A stretch of DNA of 64,000 bases from an uncultured Microthrixaceae bacterium (GTDB lineage Bacteria; Actinomycetota; Acidimicrobiia; Acidimicrobiales; Microtrichaceae), in NCBI GenBank assembly GCA_965651815.1, contig CBFGTJ010000001.1, positions 14,036 through 78,035 on the forward strand. Reading direction: 5' to 3'. The translations under genes and the position numbers were made by a program. Positions within the stretch are counted from its first letter, which is position 1. Each line of letters opens with the position of its first letter. Below, piece after piece: positions 1-8,188 of the stretch. Below the pieces are notes generated by a model. That model saw only the letters and a program-made list of their open reading frames with translations. It had not been told where the DNA came from and did not search any database.

Positions 1-330
1 TCGGCGGCCGCGGACGCCAGGGTGAACCTCGCCGAGCTCGGCGCCGAGGTGGTCGAGCGCAACGTCCGCCGCTGGCGACCCCGCCCCGCCGACGCGGTCG
101 TCGCCGATCCCGCCCGCGCCGGGCTGGGGCCCGACGGCGTGCGCGCCGTGGTCGGCACCGGCGCCGAACGGGTGGCGTTGGTGAGCTGCGACGCCGCGTC
201 GCTCGCCCGTGACGCCCGGGCGCTGGTCGACGCCGGCTACCGGCTCACCGGGGTCGAGCTCGTCGACATGTTCCCCCACACCCACCACGTCGAGGCCGTC
301 TCCGGGTTCACCCGCGCGGAGCGGCCGTGA
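1..330 (+). CDS. C-terminal fragment of a TrmA/RumA-type SAM-dependent RNA (uracil-5) methyltransferase; 5' end lies outside the window
   Basis: The frame is open from base 1. The C-terminal motif VSCDAASLARD...GYRL..VELVDMFPHTHHVE is typical of the family. The stop TGA 328-330 overlaps the next start (GTGA). Confidence 0.75.
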   Translation, partial: SAAADARVNLAELGAEVVERNVRRWRPRPADAVVADPARAGLGPDGVRAVVGTGAERVALVSCDAASLARDARALVDAGYRLTGVELVDMFPHTHHVEAVSGFTRAERP

Positions 331-1181
331 CCCGGGCGCGGCGGCGCCGGGCCGCCGCCCTCCTCCTGTGGGCGCTCGCGATCGGCCCGGCCGCCGCGTG
401 CGGTGGCGCCAGGGGTGCGGCCACCGACGACGGCGGGTGCGCACCCGAGCCACCCGAGCAGCTGCGTCCACGGGTGCACCGGGTACTGGCCCACGACACC
501 GGCGCGTTCACCCAGGGACTGGTGGTGCACGACGGCCGCCTGTACGAGAGCACGGGGCTCGAGGGCCGCTCGACGCTGCGCGAGCTGGATCCCGACAGCG
601 GCGAGGTCGTGCGGTCCGTGCCGCTCGCCCCCGACGTGTTCGGCGAGGGGCTCGCCGTCGGCGCGGAGGGGCGCCTCGTGCAGCTCACCTGGACCGACGG
701 GGTCGCCTACGAGTGGGACCCCGCCCGCTTCGAGGTCGTCGGCAGCTTCCGCTACGACGGCGAGGGCTGGGGGCTCTCGACCCTGGACGACGGGACGCTC
801 GTGATGTCCGACGGATCCGACACCCTCGCGCTGCGGGATCCGGCGACCTTCGAGGTCCTCGAGCGCATCCGGGTCCGCCGGCAGGACGGCCCGGCCGACC
901 AGCTCAACGAGCTCGAGTGGGACGGCGCGCTGCTGTGGGCGAACCGCTACACGACCGACGAGGTCGTCGGCATCGACCTGGACTGCGGCACGGTCGCCGC
1001 GGTGCTCGACGTGTCCGAGCTCAGCCGCGACGCGGCGGGGAGGGCGAGCGCTGCGGATCCCGAGCCCGATGTCAGCAACGGGGTCGCGCACCTGCCGGGC
1101 ACCGACCGGTACCTGCTGACCGGCAAGCTCTGGCCGGCCACCTACGAGGTCACCCTGGCGCGACGAGGCCCGAACCCCTGA
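327..1181 (+). CDS. glutamine cyclotransferase (glutaminyl-peptide cyclotransferase-like) lipoprotein
   Basis: 284 aa. It has a signal peptide with lipobox-like AIGPAAAC. FTQGLVVHDGRLYESTGLEGRSTLRELD matches the bacterial/plant-type beta-propeller glutaminyl cyclases. Confidence 0.8.
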   Translation: MTRARRRRAAALLLWALAIGPAAACGGARGAATDDGGCAPEPPEQLRPRVHRVLAHDTGAFTQGLVVHDGRLYESTGLEGRSTLRELDPDSGEVVRSVPLAPDVFGEGLAVGAEGRLVQLTWTDGVAYEWDPARFEVVGSFRYDGEGWGLSTLDDGTLVMSDGSDTLALRDPATFEVLERIRVRRQDGPADQLNELEWDGALLWANRYTTDEVVGIDLDCGTVAAVLDVSELSRDAAGRASAADPEPDVSNGVAHLPGTDRYLLTGKLWPATYEVTLARRGPNP

Positions 1182-1197
1182 GCGGAGGTTCGGGCCT
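1166..1197. terminator. perfect 11-bp stem hairpin between convergent cyclase gene and tRNA-Lys; candidate bidirectional terminator
   Basis: AGGCCCGAACC (1166-1176), a 10-nt loop, then GGTTCGGGCCT (1187-1197). The cyclase stop codon (1179-1181) lies in the loop. There is no U-tract. Confidence 0.45.
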
Positions 1198-1199
1198 GC

Positions 1200-1275
1200 T
1201 GGTACGCCCCCCGGGACTCGAACCCGGAACCTGCGGATTAAGAGTCCGTTGCTCTACCAATTGAGCTAGAGGCGC
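1200..1275 (-). tRNA. tRNA-Lys (anticodon CTT), CCA encoded
   Basis: The reverse complement folds as a cloverleaf: GCGCCTC acceptor, TAGCTCAATTGGTAGAGC D arm, anticodon loop CTCTTAA, GGTTCGAGTCC T arm, and discriminator A followed by CCA. Confidence 0.9.
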
Positions 1276-1363
1276 AAGGCTCTCCCGCGCTCGCGGGGAG
1301 CGGGGCGAGTGTAGCGACCGTGCGATCCGGACGGTAACCGAGGGGTGGTTCGCCGTTCCCGTC

Positions 1364-1437
1364 TGGTGCGCCCCCCGGACTCGAACCGGGATCGGCGGGG
1401 AAAGAGCCCGCTGCTCTACCTGTTGAGCTAGTGACGC
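1364..1437 (-). tRNA. aberrant tRNA-Lys(CTT)-like gene, possible pseudogene
   Basis: 74 nt and clearly paralogous to the tRNA at 1200-1275. The anticodon loop is CTCTTTC, with T rather than a purine at position 37. The G-run is one base too short, so either the T stem has 4 bp or the 3' acceptor strand has 6 nt. There is also an A6/G mismatch. Confidence 0.5.
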
Positions 1438-1509
1438 AGGTTCAAGAATAGCGGTCCGGCGGCGGATGCCAACCCGGAACAGGCTGGATCCGCCGCCGTG
1501 CCGCTGCTG

Positions 1510-1585
1510 GGTGACCGAGGGGACTTGAACCCCCGACCTCCAGGGCCACAACCTGGCGCTCTAACCGGGCTGAGCTACGGCCACC
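1510..1585 (-). tRNA. tRNA-His (anticodon GTG)
   Basis: The anticodon arm is CCAGG-TTGTGGC-CCTGG. The extra 5' G(-1) opposite discriminator C is characteristic of tRNA-His. The T loop is TTCAAGT. CCA is not fully encoded. Confidence 0.88.
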
Positions 1586-1680
1586 ATGGACGAGCCAGAA
1601 ATCATAGCCGCCACCGACGCGGTCCCTCGAAGCGGCGCCCACGCGGCACGGGCCTCGACGCGGGTTACCGTGACGCTCCC

Positions 1681-1753
1681 GCCCTCGTAGCTCAGTGGAC
1701 AGAGCAGCGGACTTCTAATCCGACGGTCGCAGGTTCGAATCCTGCCGGGGGCG
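1681..1753 (+). tRNA. tRNA-Arg (anticodon TCT)
   Basis: GCCCTCG acceptor paired with CGGGGGC, D arm TAGCTCAGTGGACAGAGC, anticodon loop CTTCTAA, and T arm GCAGGTTCGAATCCTGC. Confidence 0.9.
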
Positions 1754-1774
1754 CGACAGGGAGGGACCCGGACG

Positions 1775-2908
1775 ATGGTGCGGCAGGTGGGTGCGAACGC
1801 GGTGGACGGACCGGACGTCGTCCTGCCCGGCTCCGAGCAGCTGGCACCGGCGTTCTGGGCGTTCGTGGCCGTGATCGGTGCGCTGGGCATCGGCGTCACC
1901 CTGCTGGTGCGGCGCCGCCGGGCCCGGCGTGGCGACCGCCGCAGGCCGGTGGTCCTGGCGGGGCTCGGAGCGCTCGTCGCGGTCGCGGTGGTGCTCACCG
2001 TCCTCACCTGGCCCCCGCCGTTCCACACGCCGCGCTTCCCGCCGCTCGGGCGGCTGCTGCCCGAGGAGGCGTTCTTCCACCGCACCGTCACCGACCTGCC
2101 CGTCGCCGCCGACAGCGACCGGTGGATCGCCACGCTCGCGGACGAGCCGATCGTGGCGGGGTTCGGCGGCGAGGCCCACGAGGGCGTCGTGTTCGGGATC
2201 CCGTTCAACCCCGTCGACGACTCGACGCCACGCCGCGAGGTCGAGATCGTCGCCTACCGGCGGTACTCCCACCTCGGTGAGTACCCGATCGCGGACCCGG
2301 CCTACATCGAGTCGATGCCGACCTACGGGTTCGACAACCACTACGTCGCGGTCGACCTCGAACGCCGTGAGATGTGGGAGCTGTTCGCGACCCGCGTCTG
2401 GTTCGGCCGCTGGCAGGCCGACTCGGGCGCCAGGTGGGACCTCGACGAGCTGCGGTTCCCCGACAACTCCACGATGGCGTCGCGGCTCCCACTGCTGCCC
2501 GGTGTGCTCACCTGGCACGAGGTCGAGGCGGGCGAGGTCACCCACGTCGTGCACGCCGGCGCACCGACGACGAGGGAGGGGGAGTTCGTCTGGCCCGCGC
2601 GCGCCTCGGACGGCCGGTCCCGGGACCCGGACGCGCCGCCGATGGGCGCCTGGCTCCGCCTGCGCGACGACGTCGACCTCTCAGGCCTCGGCCCCCAGGC
2701 CCGGGTCATCGCCGAGGGCCTGCAGCGCTACGGCATGATCCTGTCCGACACCGGCCCGCACGTCGCGCTCCGGGGCACGCCCGACGCCCGTTGGGACCGC
2801 GCCGACCTGCGCACCCTCCGCTCGCTCACCGTCGCCGATTTCGAGGTCGTCGACCCGTCCGGCATCGTCGTGGACCCGGACTCGATGGAGGTGCGTCCGC
2901 CCGGCTGA
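1775..2908 (+). CDS. membrane-anchored conserved hypothetical protein
   Basis: 377 aa. A GGGAGGGA RBS-like run lies upstream of ATG 1775. N-terminal TM helices are followed by a soluble domain of about 270 aa. I do not recognise the family. Confidence 0.6.
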   Translation: MVRQVGANAVDGPDVVLPGSEQLAPAFWAFVAVIGALGIGVTLLVRRRRARRGDRRRPVVLAGLGALVAVAVVLTVLTWPPPFHTPRFPPLGRLLPEEAFFHRTVTDLPVAADSDRWIATLADEPIVAGFGGEAHEGVVFGIPFNPVDDSTPRREVEIVAYRRYSHLGEYPIADPAYIESMPTYGFDNHYVAVDLERREMWELFATRVWFGRWQADSGARWDLDELRFPDNSTMASRLPLLPGVLTWHEVEAGEVTHVVHAGAPTTREGEFVWPARASDGRSRDPDAPPMGAWLRLRDDVDLSGLGPQARVIAEGLQRYGMILSDTGPHVALRGTPDARWDRADLRTLRSLTVADFEVVDPSGIVVDPDSMEVRPPG

Positions 2909-2915
2909 CGGGATC

Positions 2916-3740
2916 GTGGCAGCATGCCGGCCCGTGTCCGCCAAGTTGCCCCTCGTCCTCCTGCCCCCGTCCGAGGGCAAGTCGCCCGGTGGGAACGGAG
3001 CCCCCTGGAAGCCCGGCACGATGTCGGTCGACCTCGACGACGCCCGCTGCCAGGTGCAGGCCGAGCTTGCCGCGGCGATGCACCGCCCCGAGGCGGACCG
3101 GGCGCGGCTGCTCGGGGTGAAGGGCGAGGCCCTGCGCGCCGCCACCGCGGCCAACCTCGCGCTCGACACCTCGCCGTGCCGCCCCGCGATCGAGCGCTAC
3201 GACGGCGTGCTCTACCGGGCGCTCGACGCGCCGTCGCTGGGGGCGAGCGGCCGTCGGCGCCTCACGTCCACCGTGCTGGTGTTCTCGGGCCTGTGGGGGC
3301 TCGTCGCGCCCCGTGACCAGATCCCCGACTACAAGCTGAAGATGGGCGCCTCGCTGCCGGCCACGGGACGGCTCGCCACCTGGTGGCGCGACCCGATCAC
3401 CGCAGCGCTGGCGGAGCGGGCGAAGGGGCGGACCGTGTGGAACCTCCTGCCCTCCGAGCACGACGCCGCGTGGGCGCCGGAGCGGGTGGACTGCCGGGAG
3501 GTGCTGTCGGTGCGGTTCCTCGACCGGCGGGCCGACGGGGCGCTCGTCGCGGTCTCCCACTGGAACAAGCACCTCAAGGGGGCGCTGGTCCGGCTCCTGC
3601 TCGAGCAGCCGTCCACCCACCTCGCCGAGCTCGCCCGCTGGGAGCACCCGGCGGGGTACCGGCTCGACCCGGAACGCACGGAACGGCGGGGTCCGACGAC
3701 GTTGCTCACGTTCGTCGCGCCCGAGTCAACGCGCGCCTGA
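2916..3740 (+). CDS. yaaA: YaaA-family (DUF328, peroxide stress protein-like) protein
   Basis: 274 aa. The N-terminal LVLLPPSEGK and the overall length and pattern match the YaaA/UPF0246 family as I remember it. Confidence 0.65.
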   Translation: MAACRPVSAKLPLVLLPPSEGKSPGGNGAPWKPGTMSVDLDDARCQVQAELAAAMHRPEADRARLLGVKGEALRAATAANLALDTSPCRPAIERYDGVLYRALDAPSLGASGRRRLTSTVLVFSGLWGLVAPRDQIPDYKLKMGASLPATGRLATWWRDPITAALAERAKGRTVWNLLPSEHDAAWAPERVDCREVLSVRFLDRRADGALVAVSHWNKHLKGALVRLLLEQPSTHLAELARWEHPAGYRLDPERTERRGPTTLLTFVAPESTRA

Positions 3741-4004
3741 GGGAGCGCTGAGAGGGCACTTCCCCATGACCCACTTCCGGGGCGCGGTGGGCTAGAAACT
3801 GTCCACCACGACCTTCGGCCGCCGGGATCCTCCCTTCCCTCTCCCACCCGGCGGTCGGAGGTCGTTCCGCGCCCGTACGAGCCGCGACAGCGGGCCCCGC
3901 GGTGTGGCTGAAGGTGCGCACAGCGCAGGCGCCACGGCGGGGGAATGGGGGCGGGCCCTGCCGGGTACCGCGGGTACCGTTGGTCCCGAAGGGACGTGCA
4001 CGAC

Positions 4005-5210
4005 ATGCGACAAGGCTCGATCAAACTCGGTCGGATCCTCGGGGTCCCCGTGGCGATGGACCCCGGTGTGGTCCTGATCGGTGGCCTGCTCAGCTGGCTG
4101 CTCGCGACCGTCATCCTCCCCAACGGCGCGCCGGGCCTCGTCGGCACCGCGTACTGGAGCGTCGCCGTGGTGGGCGCGCTGCTGTTCCTGGGCTCGCTCC
4201 TCGCCCACGAGATGGCCCACTCCATCATCGCCCGCCGCAACGACGTCGAGGTGGAAGGCGTCACGCTGTGGCTCTTCGGCGGCTTCGCCCAGTTCGCCTC
4301 CGAGCCGCAGACGCCGGGCGCCGAGTTCCGCATCTCGGCCGCCGGGCCGGCCACCAGCCTCGCCGTCGCGGCGCTCTTCGTCGGTGCCGCGCTCGGGCTG
4401 GACGCCGCCGGCGTGCCCACCCTCTACACCACCCTGCTCGCCTGGCTGGGCCTCATCAACGGCTTCCTGGGGTTGTTCAACCTGCTGCCGGGCGCGCCGC
4501 TCGACGGCGGGCGCGTGCTGGCCTCCGCGCTGTGGAAGCTGCGCGGCGACCGGGTGGCCGGCCGGATCGGCGCCGCCCGCGTCGGTCGGGCGGTCGGCAT
4601 GGGCATCGCCGGCCTCGGCGTCGCCGAGATGGTCTTCATCGGCCGCCTCGGCGGGCTCTGGACGATCTTCATCGGCTGGTTCATCCACAACGCCGCCCGT
4701 GCCGAGCAGGCCCACTTCGTGAGCGAGCGGGCCCTCGGCGACCTCCGCGTCCGCGACGCCATGTCGCCCGGCAACGAGCACGTGCGCACCTGGACCACGA
4801 TCGCCGACCTCGTCGACGGCCCGCTGCGCTCCGCCCGGCACGCCGCGGTGCCGGTGCTCGACTGGAACGGCGCGCCCGCGGGCCTCGTGACCCTCGAGGA
4901 CGTGTCGAGGGTCCCGGCCGAGCAGTGGGCGGCGACCGAGGTCGTCCGGGTCCTGCACCGCGACGAGGAGGTCCCGACCGTCACGCTCGACGCCAAGCTG
5001 GTCGACGTGCTCGAGCAGCTCGGGCGCGGGCCCAACGGCACCGCCATCGTGCTCGACGACGAGGGACGGGCCGTCGGCGTGATCGGTCCCGACGACCTGC
5101 GCCGGGCCATCGAGCTCGGGCGCCTGCGGGACCGCATGCCCCGGTCGACGCCGCCCCCACCGCCCGCTGGGGTGCCGACCCAGCAGTGGCAGCCCCCGGC
5201 CGCCCGCTGA
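4005..5210 (+). CDS. site-2 protease family (M50) zinc metalloprotease with C-terminal CBS pair
   Basis: HEMAHS zinc motif, the second motif NLLPGAPLDGGR, several TM helices and a CBS-like C-terminus. The longest ORF starts at 3945. I prefer ATG 4005 (MRQGSIKLGRILGVPV). Confidence 0.85.
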   Translation: MRQGSIKLGRILGVPVAMDPGVVLIGGLLSWLLATVILPNGAPGLVGTAYWSVAVVGALLFLGSLLAHEMAHSIIARRNDVEVEGVTLWLFGGFAQFASEPQTPGAEFRISAAGPATSLAVAALFVGAALGLDAAGVPTLYTTLLAWLGLINGFLGLFNLLPGAPLDGGRVLASALWKLRGDRVAGRIGAARVGRAVGMGIAGLGVAEMVFIGRLGGLWTIFIGWFIHNAARAEQAHFVSERALGDLRVRDAMSPGNEHVRTWTTIADLVDGPLRSARHAAVPVLDWNGAPAGLVTLEDVSRVPAEQWAATEVVRVLHRDEEVPTVTLDAKLVDVLEQLGRGPNGTAIVLDDEGRAVGVIGPDDLRRAIELGRLRDRMPRSTPPPPPAGVPTQQWQPPAAR

Positions 5211-5238
5211 CCGCCCACGTGGCCGCCCACCCGGACGG

Positions 5239-5244
5239 TACCGT
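5239..5244 (+). promoter_or_regulatory. -10-like hexamer TACCGT positioned for a leaderless start at ATG 5251
   Basis: TAnnnT lies 6 nt upstream of the start codon, and no RBS lies between them. Confidence 0.4.
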
Positions 5245-5250
5245 GAGCCG

Positions 5251-5949
5251 ATGATCCTGGCGGAGGTCGAGACCCACCTTTCCCGCCCGATCGCGCCGAC
5301 CCGGCGGGTCGCGCTCGGCGACCTCCAGCTGCCCTGCGAGCCCGCACCCGGCTTCGGCGGCATCCTGCTCGGCGGGATCGTCGCCCGGTTCGGCCCGGAG
5401 CTCGACCTGGACCTCCAGGAGGACCTGCTCCGCCTCATGCGCGACGTCGAGCTCGGCAGGCGCATCCCCCAGCCGCGGCTGCGCCACCGGCTGCAGGACG
5501 ACCGCGTCGGCCTGCAGCGCTCGCGGCACCGGCTGCTCGGGGTGGGGGAGGGGCTGCGCTTCGAGCTCGACGAGGAGCGTGGCACCCCTGCTCAGCACGT
5601 GCTCTGCGCGGTGTACGCGGCGGCGACCACCGCACCGAGCGTGCGCCACACCGTGATCGCCACGCTGCGCAAGGGTCTCTACTGGCGCGGCGGCTCCGAC
5701 GCCGAGCTCGTCGCGCACCTCTCGGGCCACGCGGCCCCGCTCGGGGTCGACGCCCTCGCCGACCCGGTCGCCTGGGCGCTCCGCACGCTCGCGCTGTCGG
5801 ACGGCGTCGGCACACCGTCGCGGCGGGAGGTGCAGCGCGCGTTCCGCGCCCGCCTGCGCGCCGAGCACCCCGACCACGGGGCCGACGACCACGGTGCCGG
5901 GGATCGGATCGCACGCCTCGCGGCGGCGCGACGGATCCTGCTCGGATGA
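5251..5949 (+). CDS. hypothetical protein with C-terminal J-domain-like segment (HPD motif)
   Basis: 232 aa. The C-terminal REVQRAFRARLRAEHPDHGAD...IARLAAARRILL resembles J-domain helices II-III around an HPD tripeptide. Its end overlaps the next gene by ATGA. Confidence 0.6.
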   Translation: MILAEVETHLSRPIAPTRRVALGDLQLPCEPAPGFGGILLGGIVARFGPELDLDLQEDLLRLMRDVELGRRIPQPRLRHRLQDDRVGLQRSRHRLLGVGEGLRFELDEERGTPAQHVLCAVYAAATTAPSVRHTVIATLRKGLYWRGGSDAELVAHLSGHAAPLGVDALADPVAWALRTLALSDGVGTPSRREVQRAFRARLRAEHPDHGADDHGAGDRIARLAAARRILLG

Positions 5950-6554
5950 CACCCGCGGGCCTCGCGCTCTGGCCGGGAGCGGGGAGCAGCGCGGAGCACC
6001 CCACGCTGCTCGCCCTCGAGGCGGCGCTCGCGCCGCTGCCGGTCGCGCGCTTCGACTTCCCCTACCGGCGCGAGGGTCGCAAGGCCCCCGACCGGGCGAA
6101 CAAGTTGATCGCGTCGCTGCGCGCGGACGTCGCCGCCTGGTGCGACGAGCTCGGCACGACCCCCGACCGGTTGGTGCTCGGCGGGCGGTCGATGGGCGGG
6201 CGGATGGCGTCGATGGCGATCGCGGGTGCCACCGGCAACACGGCCCGCGGCAGCGAACCGTGGGAGGAGCCCCTCCCCGCCGCCGGCCTCGTGCTCATCT
6301 CGTACCCGCTGCACCCGCCGGGGCGGCCCGAGCGCCTGCGAACCGAGCACCTCGACCGCATCCGGGTGCCGGTGTTGTCGATCGCCGGTGACCGCGACCC
6401 CTTCGGGACCCCCGACGAGCTCGCCGCGGCGCTCGCGGCGGTGCCGGCCACGGTCACCTGCGTGACCGTGCCCGGCGCGCGGCACGAGCTCGGGGACGCC
6501 GACGAGGTGGTCGTGGAGGCGGTGCGCTCGTTCCTCGACGGGCTCAGGGGTTGA
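5946..6554 (+). CDS. short alpha/beta-fold hydrolase (KANL3/Tex30-like type)
   Basis: 202 aa. GGRSMGG is a nucleophile elbow, and there are late Asp and His candidates (GDRDPF, ARHEL). Confidence 0.7.
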   Translation: MTPAGLALWPGAGSSAEHPTLLALEAALAPLPVARFDFPYRREGRKAPDRANKLIASLRADVAAWCDELGTTPDRLVLGGRSMGGRMASMAIAGATGNTARGSEPWEEPLPAAGLVLISYPLHPPGRPERLRTEHLDRIRVPVLSIAGDRDPFGTPDELAAALAAVPATVTCVTVPGARHELGDADEVVVEAVRSFLDGLRG

Positions 6555-8088
6555 GCTCCTCGAGCTCCCGGCCCCGGGTCTCGGGCACCGCCAGCGCCAG
6601 CAGCGCCGCGGCCAGCGGCGCGACCGCCAGGCCGGCGAACGCCACCGCGTAGCCGTGGGAGTCGGTGACCGGCCCTGCCACGAGCAGCCCGAGCACCGAA
6701 CCTCCCACCCCGATCGCGGCCAGCGCCCCCCGCACCCCGCCGCGGCGCCCGGTCGGGAACAGCTCCGGGGCGATGACCCCCATCGCGGGGACGCACAGCG
6801 CCCCGAGCACCGAGCCGAGCAGCGATGCGATCCACATCGGCGGGCCGCCGAGGGCGAAGAACGCGGCGTTGAACAGGCCGACCGCGACGAGGCCGGGCAC
6901 GATCGCGGCGCGGCGCCCGCGCACGTCCGCGAGCCGGCCGCCCACCACCACGCCGAGCCCGCCCGGCGTGCTCGTCGCGAGGACGAACACGGTGATCAGC
7001 GCCCCGCTGAACGCGTGCTCGGTGCGCAGGTAGTCGTTCTGCAGCTGCGAGGACGGCGCGAGGAACACGTTCAACAGGAAGAACATCGACGCGAGCAGCA
7101 GGAACCGGCCGCCGCGGATGCGGCGCGACCCCGAGTCCGAGGTGCCGGCCTCCAGGTAGTCCTCGAAGCGCCGGCTCTCGGGCAGGTGCCGCGCCGCGTG
7201 CGCCACCAGCGGCAGGGTCAACCCGGCGACGACGAAGGTGAGCCGCCACCCCCACGGGCCCAGGTCCGCGAGCGGGAGCGTCATCACGACGACCCCGGCG
7301 CCCAGCCCGTACGCGAGCGTCCCGAGCCCGGTGACCATCGCCCGCGACCCGGCCGGCAGCTCCTCCACCGCGATCGTGTCCACGCACAGCAGGCCGGCGA
7401 CCGCGAGGTTGCGGGCGACCAGCTGCAGGGCGCCGACCGCCCACAGGGACGGCGCGGCGGCGGTCGCGACCGTCAGGACCCCGGCCGCGGCGAACGACCA
7501 CAGCGCGACCCGGCGCCGTCCACGGCGGTCCGCGAAGACCATCGCCACCACCGTCACCACGACACCGAGCCGGGCCGCGGCGAGCAGCGTCGTCTGCTCG
7601 GTGCGGGACCCGTCGCCGAGGTCGGCCGAGATGAACGTGAGCACCTGGGTGAGCAGCCCGTAGAGGAGGCCGGCGACGAGGTTGCATGCCGCCATCGCGG
7701 CGACCGCGGTCGACTGGCGCGGCGACAGGCGGTCGGGCGTGCTCCACCACGGGGTGGTGCCGGGCGCGGGACCACGGGGCAGGACGCGCTTCAGCAGCGG
7801 GACGAACAGCGGTGACCAGTAGGGGATCGCCGGGACGAACTCCACCACCTGCTCGACCCGCAGCCGACCGTCCGTCCCGGGCGACCAGTCCAGGGTCCGC
7901 TCGTAGCGGCGGAACGGCCCGTGCTCGGCCTCGAAGGTCGCGGAGCCGCACGGCCCCGGGGTGCCCTCGCGGGGCCCGTCGCCTGCGCAGGCGACCTCCC
8001 GCTCCAGCACGAGCACGTCGTCCCGGGGCACCAGCCGCCGCGCCAGCTCGTCCGCATCGCACTCACCGACGGTGTGGATCCGCGCCAT
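6544..8088 (-). CDS. MFS transporter with ~115-aa N-terminal soluble extension
   Basis: ATG 8088 is preceded by a GGGAGGA RBS. There are about 12 TM helices and an MFS motif-A-like FADRRGRRR. The longer ORF reaching 8430 would overlap murA and is rejected. Confidence 0.8.
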   Translation of the reverse strand: MARIHTVGECDADELARRLVPRDDVLVLEREVACAGDGPREGTPGPCGSATFEAEHGPFRRYERTLDWSPGTDGRLRVEQVVEFVPAIPYWSPLFVPLLKRVLPRGPAPGTTPWWSTPDRLSPRQSTAVAAMAACNLVAGLLYGLLTQVLTFISADLGDGSRTEQTTLLAAARLGVVVTVVAMVFADRRGRRRVALWSFAAAGVLTVATAAAPSLWAVGALQLVARNLAVAGLLCVDTIAVEELPAGSRAMVTGLGTLAYGLGAGVVVMTLPLADLGPWGWRLTFVVAGLTLPLVAHAARHLPESRRFEDYLEAGTSDSGSRRIRGGRFLLLASMFFLLNVFLAPSSQLQNDYLRTEHAFSGALITVFVLATSTPGGLGVVVGGRLADVRGRRAAIVPGLVAVGLFNAAFFALGGPPMWIASLLGSVLGALCVPAMGVIAPELFPTGRRGGVRGALAAIGVGGSVLGLLVAGPVTDSHGYAVAFAGLAVAPLAAALLALAVPETRGRELEELNP

Positions 8089-8175
8089 CGTCCTCCCGGA
8101 GCCGCCCCCCGAGGCGCCTCGTGGTGCGGGGACACTACCGGGGCCCGCCCGTACAGCGGTGCGTGCGGTTGCCGA

Positions 8176-8181
8176 CATACT
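8176..8181 (+). promoter_or_regulatory. -10-like hexamer CATACT positioned for leaderless murA
   Basis: It lies 7 nt upstream of GTG 8189. Confidence 0.35.
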
Positions 8182-8188
8182 GGAGCAC

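Noticed and set aside
1200-1753. The tRNA cluster considered as an integration hotspot flanking a genomic island.
   Set aside because: I found no integrase, no recombinase, no direct repeat of a tRNA 3' end and no compositional shift on either side. The neighbouring genes look like ordinary chromosomal genes.
3706-3921. 71-aa minus-strand ORF in the yaaA-M50 intergenic region.
   Set aside because: It has Arg/Ala/Gly-rich shadow-like composition and no RBS or leaderless promoter, and it overlaps the yaaA 3' end. The region is better treated as non-coding.
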